From NCBI RefSeq assembly GCF_018350175.1, contig NC_058368.1, positions 188,296,001 through 188,360,000 on the forward strand: DNA of 64,000 bases, read 5' to 3'. This document shows, in pieces, positions 1-12,201 of this stretch (position 1 is the stretch's first letter; each line of letters starts with the position of its first letter). Origin of the DNA: Felis catus. Lineage: Eukaryota. The position numbers were made by a program, and so were the translations under genes. The notes under the pieces were generated by a model. That model saw nothing but the letters and a program-made list of their open reading frames with translations. It searched no databases and was not told the origin of the DNA.

Positions 1-99
1 AGGTCTCTTTACAAAACAGAAACCCTCAATTTTAGATCCTTAACTCACAGGTTTTCATTTTAAGATTTAAAAAAATCTTATATAGAAAATGCTAACAAT

Positions 100-345
100 G
101 TATAACATAATGGTTTCCGAGCATGGGTCTTGGAACCCAACAGACCTGTATTTGAATCCCATTTCTGTCTCTTATGAGTTATGTGACGTTGAGCAATTCA
201 CTTAAACTCTCTGGGCCCCAGTTTCCTCATTGTAAAACGAGATAATAGCAATATCTCCCACTTCAAATTGTTGCAAGATTAGCAATATGAAATGCTTAAT
301 GTGTTTTGCCGAGTGCCTAGTACATGCTAAAAGCTTGGTAAGTGA
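100..345 (+). mobile_element. MIR SINE
   Basis: MIR core tgtgacgttgagcaattcacttaaactctctgggccccagtttcctcattgtaaaa. Similar degenerate MIRs lie near 11.2-11.7, 16.4-16.65, 20.9-21.1, 21.8-21.95, 33.1-33.3, 34.3-34.5, 37.85-38.1, 43.2-43.45, 44.7-45.1, 46.3-46.5, 49.9-50.0 and 54.5-54.6 kb. Confidence 0.75.
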
Positions 346-1550
346 TAGCTATTGGCATAATAGAAACTAGAGAACAGGGCCCACCTAGGGCCATTTCTTT
401 AAGAGGGGTGAAAACATTATTTTTTCCAAGGTCACAAAGAAAGGAAATCTGGGGAAATAAGGAAGTTCAGTTGGCCACATGTTGGTATAATTTTACTTGC
501 CAATTCCAAGTTTGGGTGTCTGAAACGAACATTTTCAGTCCTAAAATAAGATGGCAAACTTGGGGCTGGTGCACATGAATAAATATAGCCAGAGAATAAA
601 TACACCCCGCGTGTCCCTGGCATGGTGCATCTGTTCAGCCTTACCAATCCCCACCTCCCTGCAAAGCAAATTCTTCCAAACCAAGTCAGCCCTCCACCAT
701 CAAGGAGGATTTTCAGGCACCTTCCCCAACCAAATGCTTGAACATACAAGTGAGAAGAACCACAGCGATTCTCTCTTGTCCAACTCATTCACTTTATAGA
801 CCAGAAAAAGGGAGGCTTGGGCAAGTGACGTGCATTCCCGAGGTTGCATAACTCCTGAAGAGCAGAACTGGTCTAGAACTCCTTCCTGTTATTTTATTTA
901 AGTGTGGACCTCTTAGACTAATATTTACTTAATTTTTAATTATCTCTTTCTTTTTTTTCCTAAAAGTAAATGTGAAAAGGAACTTTATATTACTATTAGT
1001 GGAAAATCCAGTATTACTCAACTTAAAAGATAATCATAAAAATAAGTAGCAGAACAGTGACACTGAATTCTAGCTAAAATATACAAAAGATTGCAGCCTG
1101 AGGTGAAGCCTCTCCTCCGCAGAGAAGGAGATTAGCAAGAGTTCAAGTGCAGCTGAACAAGGACCACCAAACTTATAAATGAAAATGCCATCAAACTTTT
1201 CTGTCTGAGGGTGGAAAAGGAATGAGAAGGAAATAACTGCCTTGGCATGGTATGGGGGGTGTGAATTTGGAAACACCAGTCTGCTCCATTTTGCTTGGTT
1301 ACTTTCTCGTGTCCCTACACTATTTTATGGGTCACTCAACTTAGAATGTTCCCTGGAAGCCTTGCATTTTGAGGTCGATGCTAAGCTCCAACAAAGCAGT
1401 CCAATTCTTTGCTTCCCTTTTCAATCTCAAAGCTCCAGTCAAACCCTCAACATCCCTGTGCAGTTAAATTGTTCTCAGCCCACTTTGAGGCTCATTTTAG
1501 CCTCAGGTTAGTCTTGTTTGTATGCATTATTATATTCAATCTCCAATGAT

Positions 1551-1780
1551 TTCTTTTTCTTTTTCTTTTTTTTTTTTTTTTTAGTTTTTTAAAAACTTGT
1601 TTAGAGAGAGAGGGAGCATGAGTCGGGGAGGGGCAGAGAGAGGAAGTGAGAGAATACCAAGCAAGCTGCACACTATCAGCACAGAACCTGATGTGGGTCT
1701 CAATCCCACAAACCATGAGATCATGACCTGAGCCAAAATCAAGAGGCAGATGCTTAACTGATTGAGCCACGCAGGTGCCC
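1551..1780 (-). mobile_element. CAN-SINE (SINEC)
   Basis: Antisense tRNA-like head (ttaactgattgagccacgcaggtgccc), GA tract and T-rich tail. Degenerate TSD ccaatgat/ccagtgat. Confidence 0.9.
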
Positions 1781-1917
1781 AACCAGTGATACCTTTTTAA
1801 GTAGACACTGCTACAATCCTCATTTGACATATAAGGAAATTGAGGCTTGAAGAAATCACTGAACTCATCCAAGTCCTTAGCTGATAGCTCAGAGCTATGT
1901 GATTCAGTATTCTATGC

Positions 1918-2132
1918 CTTTTTTTTTAAGTTTATTTACTTTTGAGAGAGCGAGAGAGAGAGAGCATGAGTGGGAGAGGGGCAGAAAGAGAAGGAGACAC
2001 AGAATATGAAGCAGGCTCCAGGCTCTGAGCTGTCAGCACAGAAGCCCTATGTGGGGCTTGAACTCACAGACTGCGAGATCATGACCTGAGCCGAAGTCGG
2101 ACGCTCAACTGACTGAGCCACCCATGCGCCCC
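1918..2132 (-). mobile_element. CAN-SINE (feline SINEC_Fc-like)
   Basis: Contains gcaggctccaggctctgagctgtcagcacag. TSD agtattctatgc lies at 1906-1917 and 2135-2146. Confidence 0.93.
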
Positions 2133-3429
2133 ATAGTATTCTATGCTCTTAATCACTGTGATATATTACCTTCCAGTCTAAATTCTATTATTTAATTTGC
2201 TTCAAAAATATTTACTGAATATTTCTTATGATCCCATCAACAGACTCAGTATAGTAGGGGCGAGCAAAGAAGGGCATAACGCAGTCCTGGTCCTTGAGTT
2301 TTATATGCCATTAATACATTCAGCAAATACTTATTGGCCTACTGCCAAGTTGTAACCTTGTTGAAGACCCAAGACACATACACATAAAGTGCATAAATAA
2401 ATAATATAATCAAGTACCAATATGTACGAGTCGTTGGTAAGAGTTGTGAGCAGGTCAGGAAGGAGATGCATTATGTGATCTGGCATTACTGGGGAAGGCT
2501 TTATGGAAGACACAGCCCTTGGAAGGAGGGAGGACATTCCTTGTGAAAGTACAGAGTAAGCAAAAGGACAGAGGTGGGTGGTACTAAGCCCAGGGCGACA
2601 GGAGGCTCCTTTTCTTAATACATGATAAATTAACAACAACAGAACAAACAAACACACAAACCAGCCACAGGCTGGCAGGGTCTTACACTTGGCTATAATT
2701 TTCAGGAATCAGTTATAATAAACCCCTTGAGAAAAAAAGTTCCTCCGGTCTAAAGAGTAGCATTGGGTCAAAGGGGAGCTTTCCCCAAGGATGCTTTAGA
2801 TTTCAATTGTGTGCCTGAGAAAGTTCTGCCACTGGCATGGCCTAGAATATCAACTCAGGGGCAGGAAGCTTTCAGGCAGCCTCAGTGCGGTAGAAGGAGG
2901 AAAAAAAAATCTACTTATTAGGATTGTTCGCCTGAGAAGCCTTGAGGTACACTAGCAAGGCAAGAGCTTAGGAAATAAGACCTGCTCCTTACAGTTAAAT
3001 GCCAAGTGCTGTCAATGACTTAGGGCTGGCTCATTATGGACCTATTTCAGCTAATCCTCCGCAGGCAACAATCCTCCTCTTTTCAGGGACTATGGAAGCC
3101 TGGGGAAGGCCATTTCTTTTCCAGTCAGGTGTGAGGGCAAAGAGCCATCCATCTTTAATAAATCTCTAGGCTCACAGGATTCTTCTCATTGTAGCTAATG
3201 CAGAATTTCTATGTCTCTGAAATGTTCAACATTCATTCTGCCCCCTACTGATTAAACAACAACAGCAACCTGTCTATCTGACATCCTATCTCCTCTATTA
3301 GATGCTAAGTTTCTAGAATAGTCATCCCTATATTCCCTTACCTGTGCATTAATTCGATCAACAACTGAGTACCTCAATTGCATGCACCTTTATGTTAGCA
3401 CCTAAACACTTGATTGTACTCGTTGCTAT

Positions 3430-4237
3430 TTGGGGTCTGGCCCTTACCTATATCTCTCGCTTCATCTCCCACTCTCCTGTGCCCAACCCTCTAGATTCCA
3501 GACACACTGACTCTGCTCCCTCGTCTGACAGCCTCCTGCTTACCATAACCAACTCTTCTTATAAGCTAACTCTTCTGCACGGACATGGAACAAATATTCC
3601 TTTCCACCTCCCCACTTCATCTGGTTAGCTTCTCTGTCTCTCTCTCTCTCTCTCTGTCTCTCTTTTTCTTTTTAAATCCAAAATGTGTTTATTGGGATAG
3701 TTTCCCACTCATCTTGAGTCAAGGTGCTTTTAGTGCTGCTTCCGTCTGAAGGAGCATCCTTCTGTGAGCCTTGCTTTTCCTCCTGTAGGCTGGCCAAGGA
3801 AAATGGAGCAGCCAACACACAAAACTAGTGTTTGTGCCTGGCTAAAGATGGTGGTGATTTTGTAGCGTCCTGGGCACTTCCCATCCATGGAGTAGGAGTT
3901 GGGGCTGTGCACCAGGCGCTTCTTCCTGTGTTTCTTCTTCTCCTTTTCTGGAGATAGGTGAAGGAGGCCCTCTGAGAGGGACATGTTCTTGTGGGGAGGC
4001 TGTCACTGCTGGAAACTCATCTGGTTAGCCTCTTCTCCTCATTCAAATCAGCTCAGGTCTTCCCTTGTCTCCCAGGCCTGACTCCCAGGCTAAGCCAGGT
4101 TCTTGACTTATAGGCAGGTGAGCCTCTGTGCCCTCACTAGTCTGTGAGCTCCATGAGGCAAGGATCTTGTCTGCTTTTCTTCCCAACAGTTAGTGCAGTG
4201 TCTGGCCCATAGTAAGCATTCAACATAATTTGTTGTT
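3430..4237 (+). mobile_element. L2 3'-end fragment hosting the RPS27 retrocopy
   Basis: L2 3' motif ctgtgagctccatgaggcaagg...tctggcccatagtaagcattcaacataatttgttg. Similar L2 ends lie near 5.8-6.2 (-), 15.0-15.47, 19.3-19.74, 24.6-24.98 and 53.3-53.7 kb. Confidence 0.65.
3630..4016 (-). pseudogene. RPS27: Processed retrocopy of ribosomal protein S27 (eS27) mRNA, full length; ORF 3730..3984, 84 aa, no stop or frameshift
   Basis: The translation aligns end to end with RPS27 (about 18 of 84 residues differ from the recalled mammalian sequence) and has no introns. On the minus strand there is a TOP-like 5' end (TTTCC, about 4011-4015), an RPS27-type 3' UTR with AATAAA (plus-strand tttatt 3688-3693), and an A/GA-rich tail (3630-3673). 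A 13-bp TSD tcatctggttagc lies at 3617-3629 and 4017-4029. Confidence 0.95.
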
Positions 4238-4328
4238 TGAAGGAAGGATGGGAGGGAGGGAAGGAGAGAAGAAGGGAGGAAGGAAGGAAGGGAGGAAGGA
4301 AGGAAGGAAGGAAGGAAGGAAGGAAGAA
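4238..4328. repeat. (GGAA)n/(GGGA)n purine microsatellite
   Basis: Read directly from the sequence. Confidence 0.9.
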
Positions 4329-5319
4329 AGTGCGGTCCTTTCTCCCAGGATTCTGTAAGACCTTAAAGGCAGTGTTGGTATCTCTTGGTCCTAGTGCCCA
4401 GCACAATGCCTGGCATAAGAGCACTTAGAAAGTATGTGTTGAAACAAACAAAGAAAACTTCCCTGTGCAAGCTACCACTTCAACGTTCCATGAAGGACCA
4501 AAAGTAAACAAAAAAAAACATTAAAAGGACAGACATATAAATACATGGTCCTAAACCTTATGGGGCTTTTAGTGAAAGAGAGAAAAGGGGGCAAGTACAC
4601 AAATTAACCATAATACATAGTGAAAATAAATAGGTGTCTCAAGAGGAGTACAGACAAAGGGGCTTGGGAAGTTCAGTCAAGGAAGATCACATCTGAGGAA
4701 GGGGTTGGAGAAGGGGACAACACATGGCACAGGGAGATGAATGGAATGAGGCTTTAGGGAAGACGTGGCCCTAAACTCAGCAACTGTTCTAGTCTTTATC
4801 TGGAGCCGTGTGTCCAGTGCGGTCGTGTAGGGCAATTCCTGGTCTGACTTGAGTGGATGGGCTACCCATCCATCACCACCCCACTTCTAAAGCTTTTCTC
4901 TATTTTACGAAGGCTCAAAACAGGGCAGACAATTTAAAAGACTACAGAGGCCAGAAAGCGAAGATAACCACAAGATATAAGTTGGCTCTAGGACCCCGGC
5001 CAATTGCAAAGCATATCGCTTGCACGACAAGCAGAGGCAACTGATTCTCAAATACTGCCAGTTGTCGTCATGTGTGAATATGGGCCCTCTGGAGGGATGT
5101 CTTCCCATTTTTCCCCCAAGGAGAAAACAGAAGTCTGGATTCTTTGGTGAAAGCTTCCGATATTCAAATGTTGGCAACTAATTCAATTTTTTGGTTCAAA
5201 AACTACCCTTTGGTCAAACAAAACACATCCATGGATGGCATGCAGACCGCAGGCTTCATGCAGCCATGCACAACCGGTTTGCAACCTCTGGCCTAAACAG
5301 ATTGGACTCATGAAAATTC

Positions 5320-5700
5320 AAACTGCCATTTTGCACCCACAAGATTAGCAAATGTTAGGAAATCTGTTCAAATCAAACCTTGCCAAGAAAGTGGAGCAAC
5401 AGGAACGCTCGGATGCAGCTGCTGTGGGTGGTGACTGGGACAGCTACTCTGGGAATCAGTGGAGTGATCCTGTAAACATAAGGATTTGCACATCCTATTA
5501 CCTAAAGTTCCATTCCTATGCATAAGCTCTAGTGAAATTGTTGCAAAAGTGCACAAAGAAGCATATATGGGAATATTGATAGCTGCATTATTATAGCAAG
5601 AAATTGGAAACAAACCAAATGCCAATTTCCAGAAGAATATATAAGCTGTGGCGCACTTGTAGAAGAGAATGAAAATAACCAACGTGCTATGGATTAATAT
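5320..5700 (+). mobile_element. Old L1M ORF2/3' fragment
   Basis: Degenerate motifs (cattttgcacccacaagattagcaaa; aaattggaaacaaaccaaatgcc). Confidence 0.55.
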
Positions 5701-6744
5701 GGATCTGATGTCTGCAAGGATTAGGTTCATGTGACCTCTAACGTATTTCCATCTCTAAAATGAAGCTTTCCTAGATATTACTAACCTCCTGTTCGCAGAA
5801 TTTTTATTCATTCAACAACTATGAGCATCTATATACCTGGCACTCTGCTAAATGCTGGGGAAGCAGTGGGGACCAGACAGAAACCGTCCCTGCCTTTACA
5901 GTGTGGTGGGAGACAGCAATACACAACCAAATAGGCACATAGAGTCACAACTGACGGAAGAGCAGGGTGCTCTAAGGGAGCACAATCGAGGAGGAACGCG
6001 GTGTAGACAGCCGGGGTGGGGGGGGGGGGGGGGGGGGGAAGAGTATACAGAGTCAGGGAAGTCTTTTCTGTAGAAGCGATATTTAAATTGAAACCTGAGA
6101 AGTTAGCCAAGAAAAGAAGGCAGAAAAAACACACCGGGGCCTTCTCAGGGAGGGAACAGTCCCACAAAGGCCCTGAGTCAGGAAATAGCTTAGATGCTCA
6201 GGAACTGAGAGAAGCTCAGTGTGGCTACAGCATTGTGCACTACCGCTCTAAGGCCTGCTAGCAATGAGGAATAATCGGTGTTCGTTCTTCTACCCATTTT
6301 CAAGATGGCTGGCAAGCCAGAATAATGTATGAAATCTAAATAACAAAACAAAAGTAACTGGCTTCACCAGACAAGCTCTTGCTGCCTTAACATGGAATTC
6401 TACTAAACTACCCATCAGCTAGAAATAAGAGACTATGAGGAAAGCTCAAATGTCTTCCCTCTGCTTGTGCAAAGGGACCACGGTAAGGCTAAGTCTAGAC
6501 ATTCAGAGGATGAGAGTTCGTGACACAAAATAGTTTCAGCTTTTGAAGATAAACAAATTCATGTGAAACACTCAGCCCCCTGCAAGAAAGGCATTACAAC
6601 CAATGATTGCTTTTCTCATGGTTTCTAATTCACAAATTGTGCACCATTTCCATATATCTCAACACCCATGCATACACATCTACCACCTATATACACAAAT
6701 AACATCAGAATCTAATTTAAAATTTTTCTGTCTTCACTGAAGCA

Positions 6745-6984
6745 GGCTCAGTGGTTAAGTGTCAGGTGGCTCAGTTGGTTAAGTATCAGACTCCTGATTT
6801 GGGCTCAGGTCATAAACTCACAGTTCCAAGAGATCAAGCCCCATGTTGGGCCCCATGTTGGACCTCATGCTGATAGCACAAAGAACCTGCAAGGGATTCT
6901 CTCCCTCTCTCTCTCTGCCCCTTCCCCACTTGCTCTTTCTCTCTCATTCTCTTCTCTCTCATAATAAATAAATACAATTAAAAA
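6745..6984 (+). mobile_element. CAN-SINE with a duplicated A-box head
   Basis: ggctcagt(t)ggttaagt occurs twice, followed by a CT tract and an A-rich tail. Flanks resemble a TSD (tcttcactg). Confidence 0.85.
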
Positions 6985-7989
6985 GTTTTCTTCTATCTTC
7001 ACTGTTTAATTCTTGCTGGTTTGGCCATGAAACTTCAACTGAGCACAGCTCATACTACAGTTCAACTTGTTTTAAAAATTTCATCTCCTAGGTAATGGGA
7101 ATGGGGCAAGAACAGTGGCCCTTGCAACGGTTCCCCAGGGGCCTCACAGTGTGGACCACCACCTTTTAGGAACAGGCAGGCAGTGTTTTAATCTCAGGAG
7201 TGGTTTTTGCCAAAAGCTCTCCATAACTAATTTTGCAGTCAGATTCCACAAGACCTATTCAGTGTCTGGCTAAATCTCATGGAACATCTCATTTCCTTTC
7301 AATTTTTCATTAGTTTGAATTAAAAATAAAAAAAGCTAACAAGCGTGGCTTGCATGGATATTTCTAAATTAAAACACAGCAGCATTCTTATTCGTTTTGT
7401 TGTTTACAGGGCTGACCCCCACCGCCTGCTCTCCCCCAGTCTGAACCGCCTCCAGTTTTGCAGTGACCTCTTTGTGCCCTTGGAGAGTGTGACTTGACCT
7501 TGTTCCAAGCGGAAGATGAGGATAATGGCTTCCTTCCTATCACACAGTTCTTCGATTTGTTAGGTGCTGGGCAATGAGCATTTGTGTCCTAATCTCACAT
7601 TCATAGCTCCCATTTCTAAGGGGTCTAAATGAAACTAGTAAGCAAGAAGGGGTGGGGTTCAGGGAGGATGCAGGGTAGAAGTGTCTTGGAACTTTGGACA
7701 AATGAATTATCTTGTAGGATCCACACCTGAAACGAGTGTGTCTGTGAGATTTCCCATGGAAAGAAGGTAGAAAATACTGTGCAGTCTAGTCATATGACCT
7801 CAGTGCATTCATAAAGTCTCCTGTTTTCTGCTCCCAGATTCCTTTTGGAGGTCAAATTTTCCTTGAGTTTCTAAATACTGCGTGTCTTTTGATCTTCTCC
7901 TATCTCTCTGACCACGTTCATTCATTCATTCAGCAAATTTTTTAGCACCTCTTAAGTGCCAAGGATTGTACTAGGCACGAAGATTATTC

Positions 7990-8428
7990 TGGTGGGATGG
8001 GGTAAATTATTGCCGCCAATCACACACTCCTACCACATCTCTATAAGAGAATTACATGCTCACCTAGCACCCTGCAACTTGCTGTGCTTTCTGGAGGTTA
8101 CTTTGGGCTTGGCTATGGGTCAAGCTCTGGCCAATGGAAGGAGGGCAGGCATGGTATACCCCACATCCACGCAGAAGTTTTAGAGGCATCACCTGTTCCC
8201 ACAGACCTCTTGCTTCTCCTTTCCTCCCTGAAAACAGCATGTCCCAGCTGGAGGTGGGTTCTCTCCACCAAATCCTGGAGTGGGAAGACACATGGAGCAG
8301 ATGGCTGCCTTGAACAGAGTCACTGCTGACCTACAGTGCAACATGCCTGTTACAGGAGTGAAAAAAAGTGTCCATTGATGAAAGCCACAGAGATTAGGAG
8401 GTAGTTACTGCAGCAAGCCGGACTAATG
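7990..8428 (+). mobile_element. Old MaLR LTR (MLT1-like)
   Basis: Motifs taaattattgccgccaat; ttgggcttggctatgggtcaagctctggccaatggaa; aagccacagagatt. Confidence 0.55.
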
Positions 8429-8779
8429 CACTCACCAATGCAGTAAAAGCAGACTTGACCCTTGCTCTTATGGATCTAATAGTCTAATCAAGGGAGCCAG
8501 ACAACAAAGCAGATGAACCAACTAATAATCATGTAAGTATATAATAACATCCCTATGTTCACCCTAACTCCTCTTCCTCACCCAACCAAATGTAGCCCCT
8601 GGCCCTCCTCTGTTATGGCCACATTCTCTCCTTTGACAACTCCATCTATTCCCATAGCTTCATATCTCTTCAAATGACCCGTTAATCTAGTTCCCTAGTC
8701 TGGCCAGATCCATGTTCCCAGCAGGCAGCTGGTTATCATGTCTGTAGGATCCATTTGTATACCTAACCTCAGCATAATT

Positions 8780-9197
8780 GGAACCAAATGCATCAATTAT
8801 TTCTCATGGTTTCTGTGGGTCAAGAATTCAGGAAGAGCTCAGCTGGGTGGCTCTTCTCTGGGATCTCTGAGTGGTGCTGGAACAATGAGGGGCTGCCCCC
8901 ATGGGTCTGTTCAAGCATTTTCTCCCTTTTTCTGGGTTTGCTCTTAGGGTCTCTCTTTGTGGTTTTTCCATGAGGGCAAGTTTGGGCTGTCAAAGGTGAA
9001 ATTATTCTAGACAGCAAGATAGCACTTGAGTCACTTTTTATGACTTATGAGAAGTCACATGTGCCACATCCACCATCATTTGCAAGGAAATGATGAGCCC
9101 GCTCAGATTCAAGTTTAAGGGAATTAGACTTTATATTCTTATGCGGTGGGAAGGAAGTTAATGTTGTGGCCATCTTTGGAAAATATAATTTGCCACA
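8780..9197 (-). mobile_element. MaLR LTR (MLT1-like)
   Basis: Contains tctcatggtttctgtgggtcaagaattcagg...gctcagctgggtgg and terminates in ggccatctttggaaaatataatttgccaca. Confidence 0.65.
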
Positions 9198-10893
9198 TCG
9201 TCCCTCAGATGCTTTTCCTGACTTCTTTTCTGTGACTGGTACCAAATTCTGCCATTTTACTTCCACCGCTTCCTCTGTTTTTTATTTTCAGAAGGCTCTC
9301 TTCATGATCAAGTTCCAATAACTTTCAGTATGAGTTAGTAGTGATGCTGTCTCTCTACTCCAATGTCTCTTCTTTCCTCTCCAATGCTACACAATCTCTT
9401 TTTCTAAAAGCACCACCCTGATCTTGCCGCGCATCTGCAGTGTGACCAGCACACAGTAGGTTTTCCTGGACAAGGGGCTTTCCTGAAATATCTCTGAGGA
9501 CCCTCCATGGTCTGTTGAATTAGGTACAAAGACGTTGTTGCCCTGATACTGAAAGTCTCCATAAGATTCACCAATTTATTCAACAAATATTTATTCAGTT
9601 TCCACTCTGCCAGACACTGTGCTAGGAGATGGGAGAGGAGCATGTTTCCTGCCTTTGTGGAGTTTCTGCGTAGTGGGGAAAAGGGGTAAACCTTCATTCA
9701 TTCATTCAGAAACTGTTTAACCTGTTGAACATACAACTGTTCCCCAGATACAGTTCTAATCTGCCCTAAGTGGGACAACGTTTATATAACATTAATATAG
9801 CCACATTGTATCTGATTTGCCACAGTGAATTGAGTTGAATTGCCTTGAAATACATGTTCTGAATAACCCAGACTATCCATTTATTTTCTTTTTCTGCCCA
9901 GAAAGTTTCCATTTTCATTTTAGAGTATGCTGGTCTAATTGTCTGGAATTCTCATTTCTCCCCAGGCTTCAAATTCTAACTCAAATCCTATATATTGTAA
10001 GGTATGTTTTCTCTACTCTGCAGTGAAGTGTGGGCTCTTCTTCCTTTACACCTCCACAGTGTAGTTTACACCTCCTTCAGGCCACCTATGATGTTCTGCT
10101 TTATAGGATGGGCAATTATGTATGAATCTTGGCTCCCCTGCTGGCCTAGTAGGCGCTTGAAGGCAAGGAATGTGTCCTACTTATCTTTATTGGTCTTTGT
10201 TACCTATACTTACTGCAGCTACTCAATATTTACCGAATTAATGGATAGTCTGGGAACAAAGTTGAGAAAGTACCAACCTCATCCCTTGTTTTGAGACAAG
10301 GAGTATTAGCAGACTGGTTTGGTTCTAAGTTCCCAGAAATCCAATTCCAACTGGCCTTAACGAAAAATGAAAGTATTGGCTGATGTAACTGAGAAGTCCG
10401 TGGACGGTTCTGTGGCACTGAGAGTCCCTTTTCTCCCTCTGTTGGTTCTGCTTGTTACTGTGGTGCTTTGTTCTCAGACAGGTTCTCCAATTGTCCACAA
10501 GGCTTATTATCCTATTAGCTTAGCAACTCCTTGGGAAAGAGAATAACCTTTTGCTAAGTTCCAAGATTCAATGTCATTGGCTCGGCTGAAGTCACATGCA
10601 CAACCCTGGACCAATCACTGTGGCCCAAGGCCATGGTCCTCTGCCTCCTGTAGGTGTTCGAGGCAATGCAGGACTGTGGAGGCTCTGGAGCAGAAGCAAG
10701 ATGAATTGTCTAGCAGAGTTGTGAGAAAAACAATCCGATGGGAAAGCAAAAGATGTATTGATGACAATGACAGACAAAAGAGAGGAGTCAAAAATGACAT
10801 TTTGAACTCCAAGCCTGGGACCTCAATTCCCACTCTGCGGAAAAGACCAGCCAAAGTGGAGGAGCAGGAAGCATACAAAGAGACCTAAACCGA

Positions 10894-11122
10894 GGGGCGC
10901 CTGGGTGGCTCAGTCAGTTAAGCCTCTGACTTCCCCTCAGGTCATGATCTCACAGCTTGTGAGTTCGAGACCCGCGTCCAGTTCTGTGCTGACAGCTCAG
11001 AGCCTGGAGCCTTCTTCAGATTCTGTGTCTCCCTCTCTCTCTCTCTGTCCCTCCCCCACTCATGCTCTGTCTCCCTCTGTCTCTCAAAAATAAATAAACA
11101 TTACAAAGAAACAAAACAAAAA
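10894..11122 (+). mobile_element. CAN-SINE (SINEC_Fc-like)
   Basis: Head ggggcgcctgggtggctcagtcagttaag. A 19-bp TSD acaaagagacctaaaccga lies at 10875-10893 and 11123-11141. Confidence 0.95.
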
Positions 11123-12161
11123 ACAAAGAGACCTAAACCGAAAGGCCCTGGGCAGCAGCTGAACAGGACTTACCGTCAGGCCTACACAGCAGCAAGGGAA
11201 TCGTGGATCGACAACAGAACAGGAGGCAGGAAACTTGAGTCACATCCCTGCCTCTGCCACTAACTCTCATGATCTTGAACAAATCACTTAACCTTTCTGG
11301 ACCTCAGTTTCCTCGTTTCTAAAATAAGCTGTGAGGATTGCTGGTCACTGACTTCCTTTTCTGTTGTGACATTCTGCATTGCTATTTCTGGAGATGAGTA
11401 TAACTGATCCTTCCTTCATAATAGCTCTGGAATTCACTTCTCCCTGCCCAGTGGCCTAGGTCCTCACAGAGCCATTAAGAGTATGACTCCTTCCACTTAC
11501 TAGCTGTGGGATCTCAGGCATATCATCTAATCTCTCTTGGCTCCAGGTTCCTCATCTATAAAACTTGGATAGTAACTGCCCCCGTCTCTTTGGTTTGCTG
11601 TCAGGATTAAATTAAGTGAATATATGTAAAATGCTTAGGAAGAGTGAGGCAAATTACTAGGTGCAATATAACTGTGAGCTATTACCAAAATTGAATAATT
11701 TTGTGTTGTTTCCTGACTTCTCTTAGGATGAGGGACCCTTGAAACCAGGACGTGGGAAGGTGGACACTGTCTGAGAGATACAATCCCCTTGGTCATGTGA
11801 ATAATTCAGGAGTGGCCATGGTGACAATCTCCTTTGGGCTTGAAGAAGTAAAGCAGTTCCTTAGGGGTACGGTGACCATATTTTCAGAACCTCAAATTAG
11901 GCCGTCTGATTTTACAAGTCTGATTACACTTATTAGGCAAGGGGGAAAGATCATTTGAAAGGAAAACTCTCCTACGTTCTTGACATACTTAAGAGAAGAT
12001 TTCATTTGCCTGTATCCATGTTCTGTCCCTCAACAAACACTTTAATGGCCCAAAAAGAAATGCCACTTGCATTAGAACCAGACCCAGTCATACTATGCCC
12101 TTGCTCCCTGAGAAATGCTTTCTAGATGCTTCAGGGACAGAACAGCACTTACGGACATAAA

Positions 12162-12162
<1 letters not shown>

Positions 12163-12199
<37 letters not shown>
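12163..12199. repeat. (CA)n microsatellite
   Basis: Read directly from the sequence. Confidence 0.95.

Positions 12200-12201
<2 letters not shown>

Noticed and set aside
3730..3984. Assignment of the retrocopy to RPS27L because of K17
   Set aside because: P12 and the 5' and 3' UTRs match my recollection of RPS27. K17 is explained by a single substitution.
10905..11093. Recurrent MAQSVK.../LEPASDSVSP ORFs and tRNA-like A/B boxes
   Set aside because: These are CAN-SINE bodies. They are neither a gene family nor real tRNA genes.
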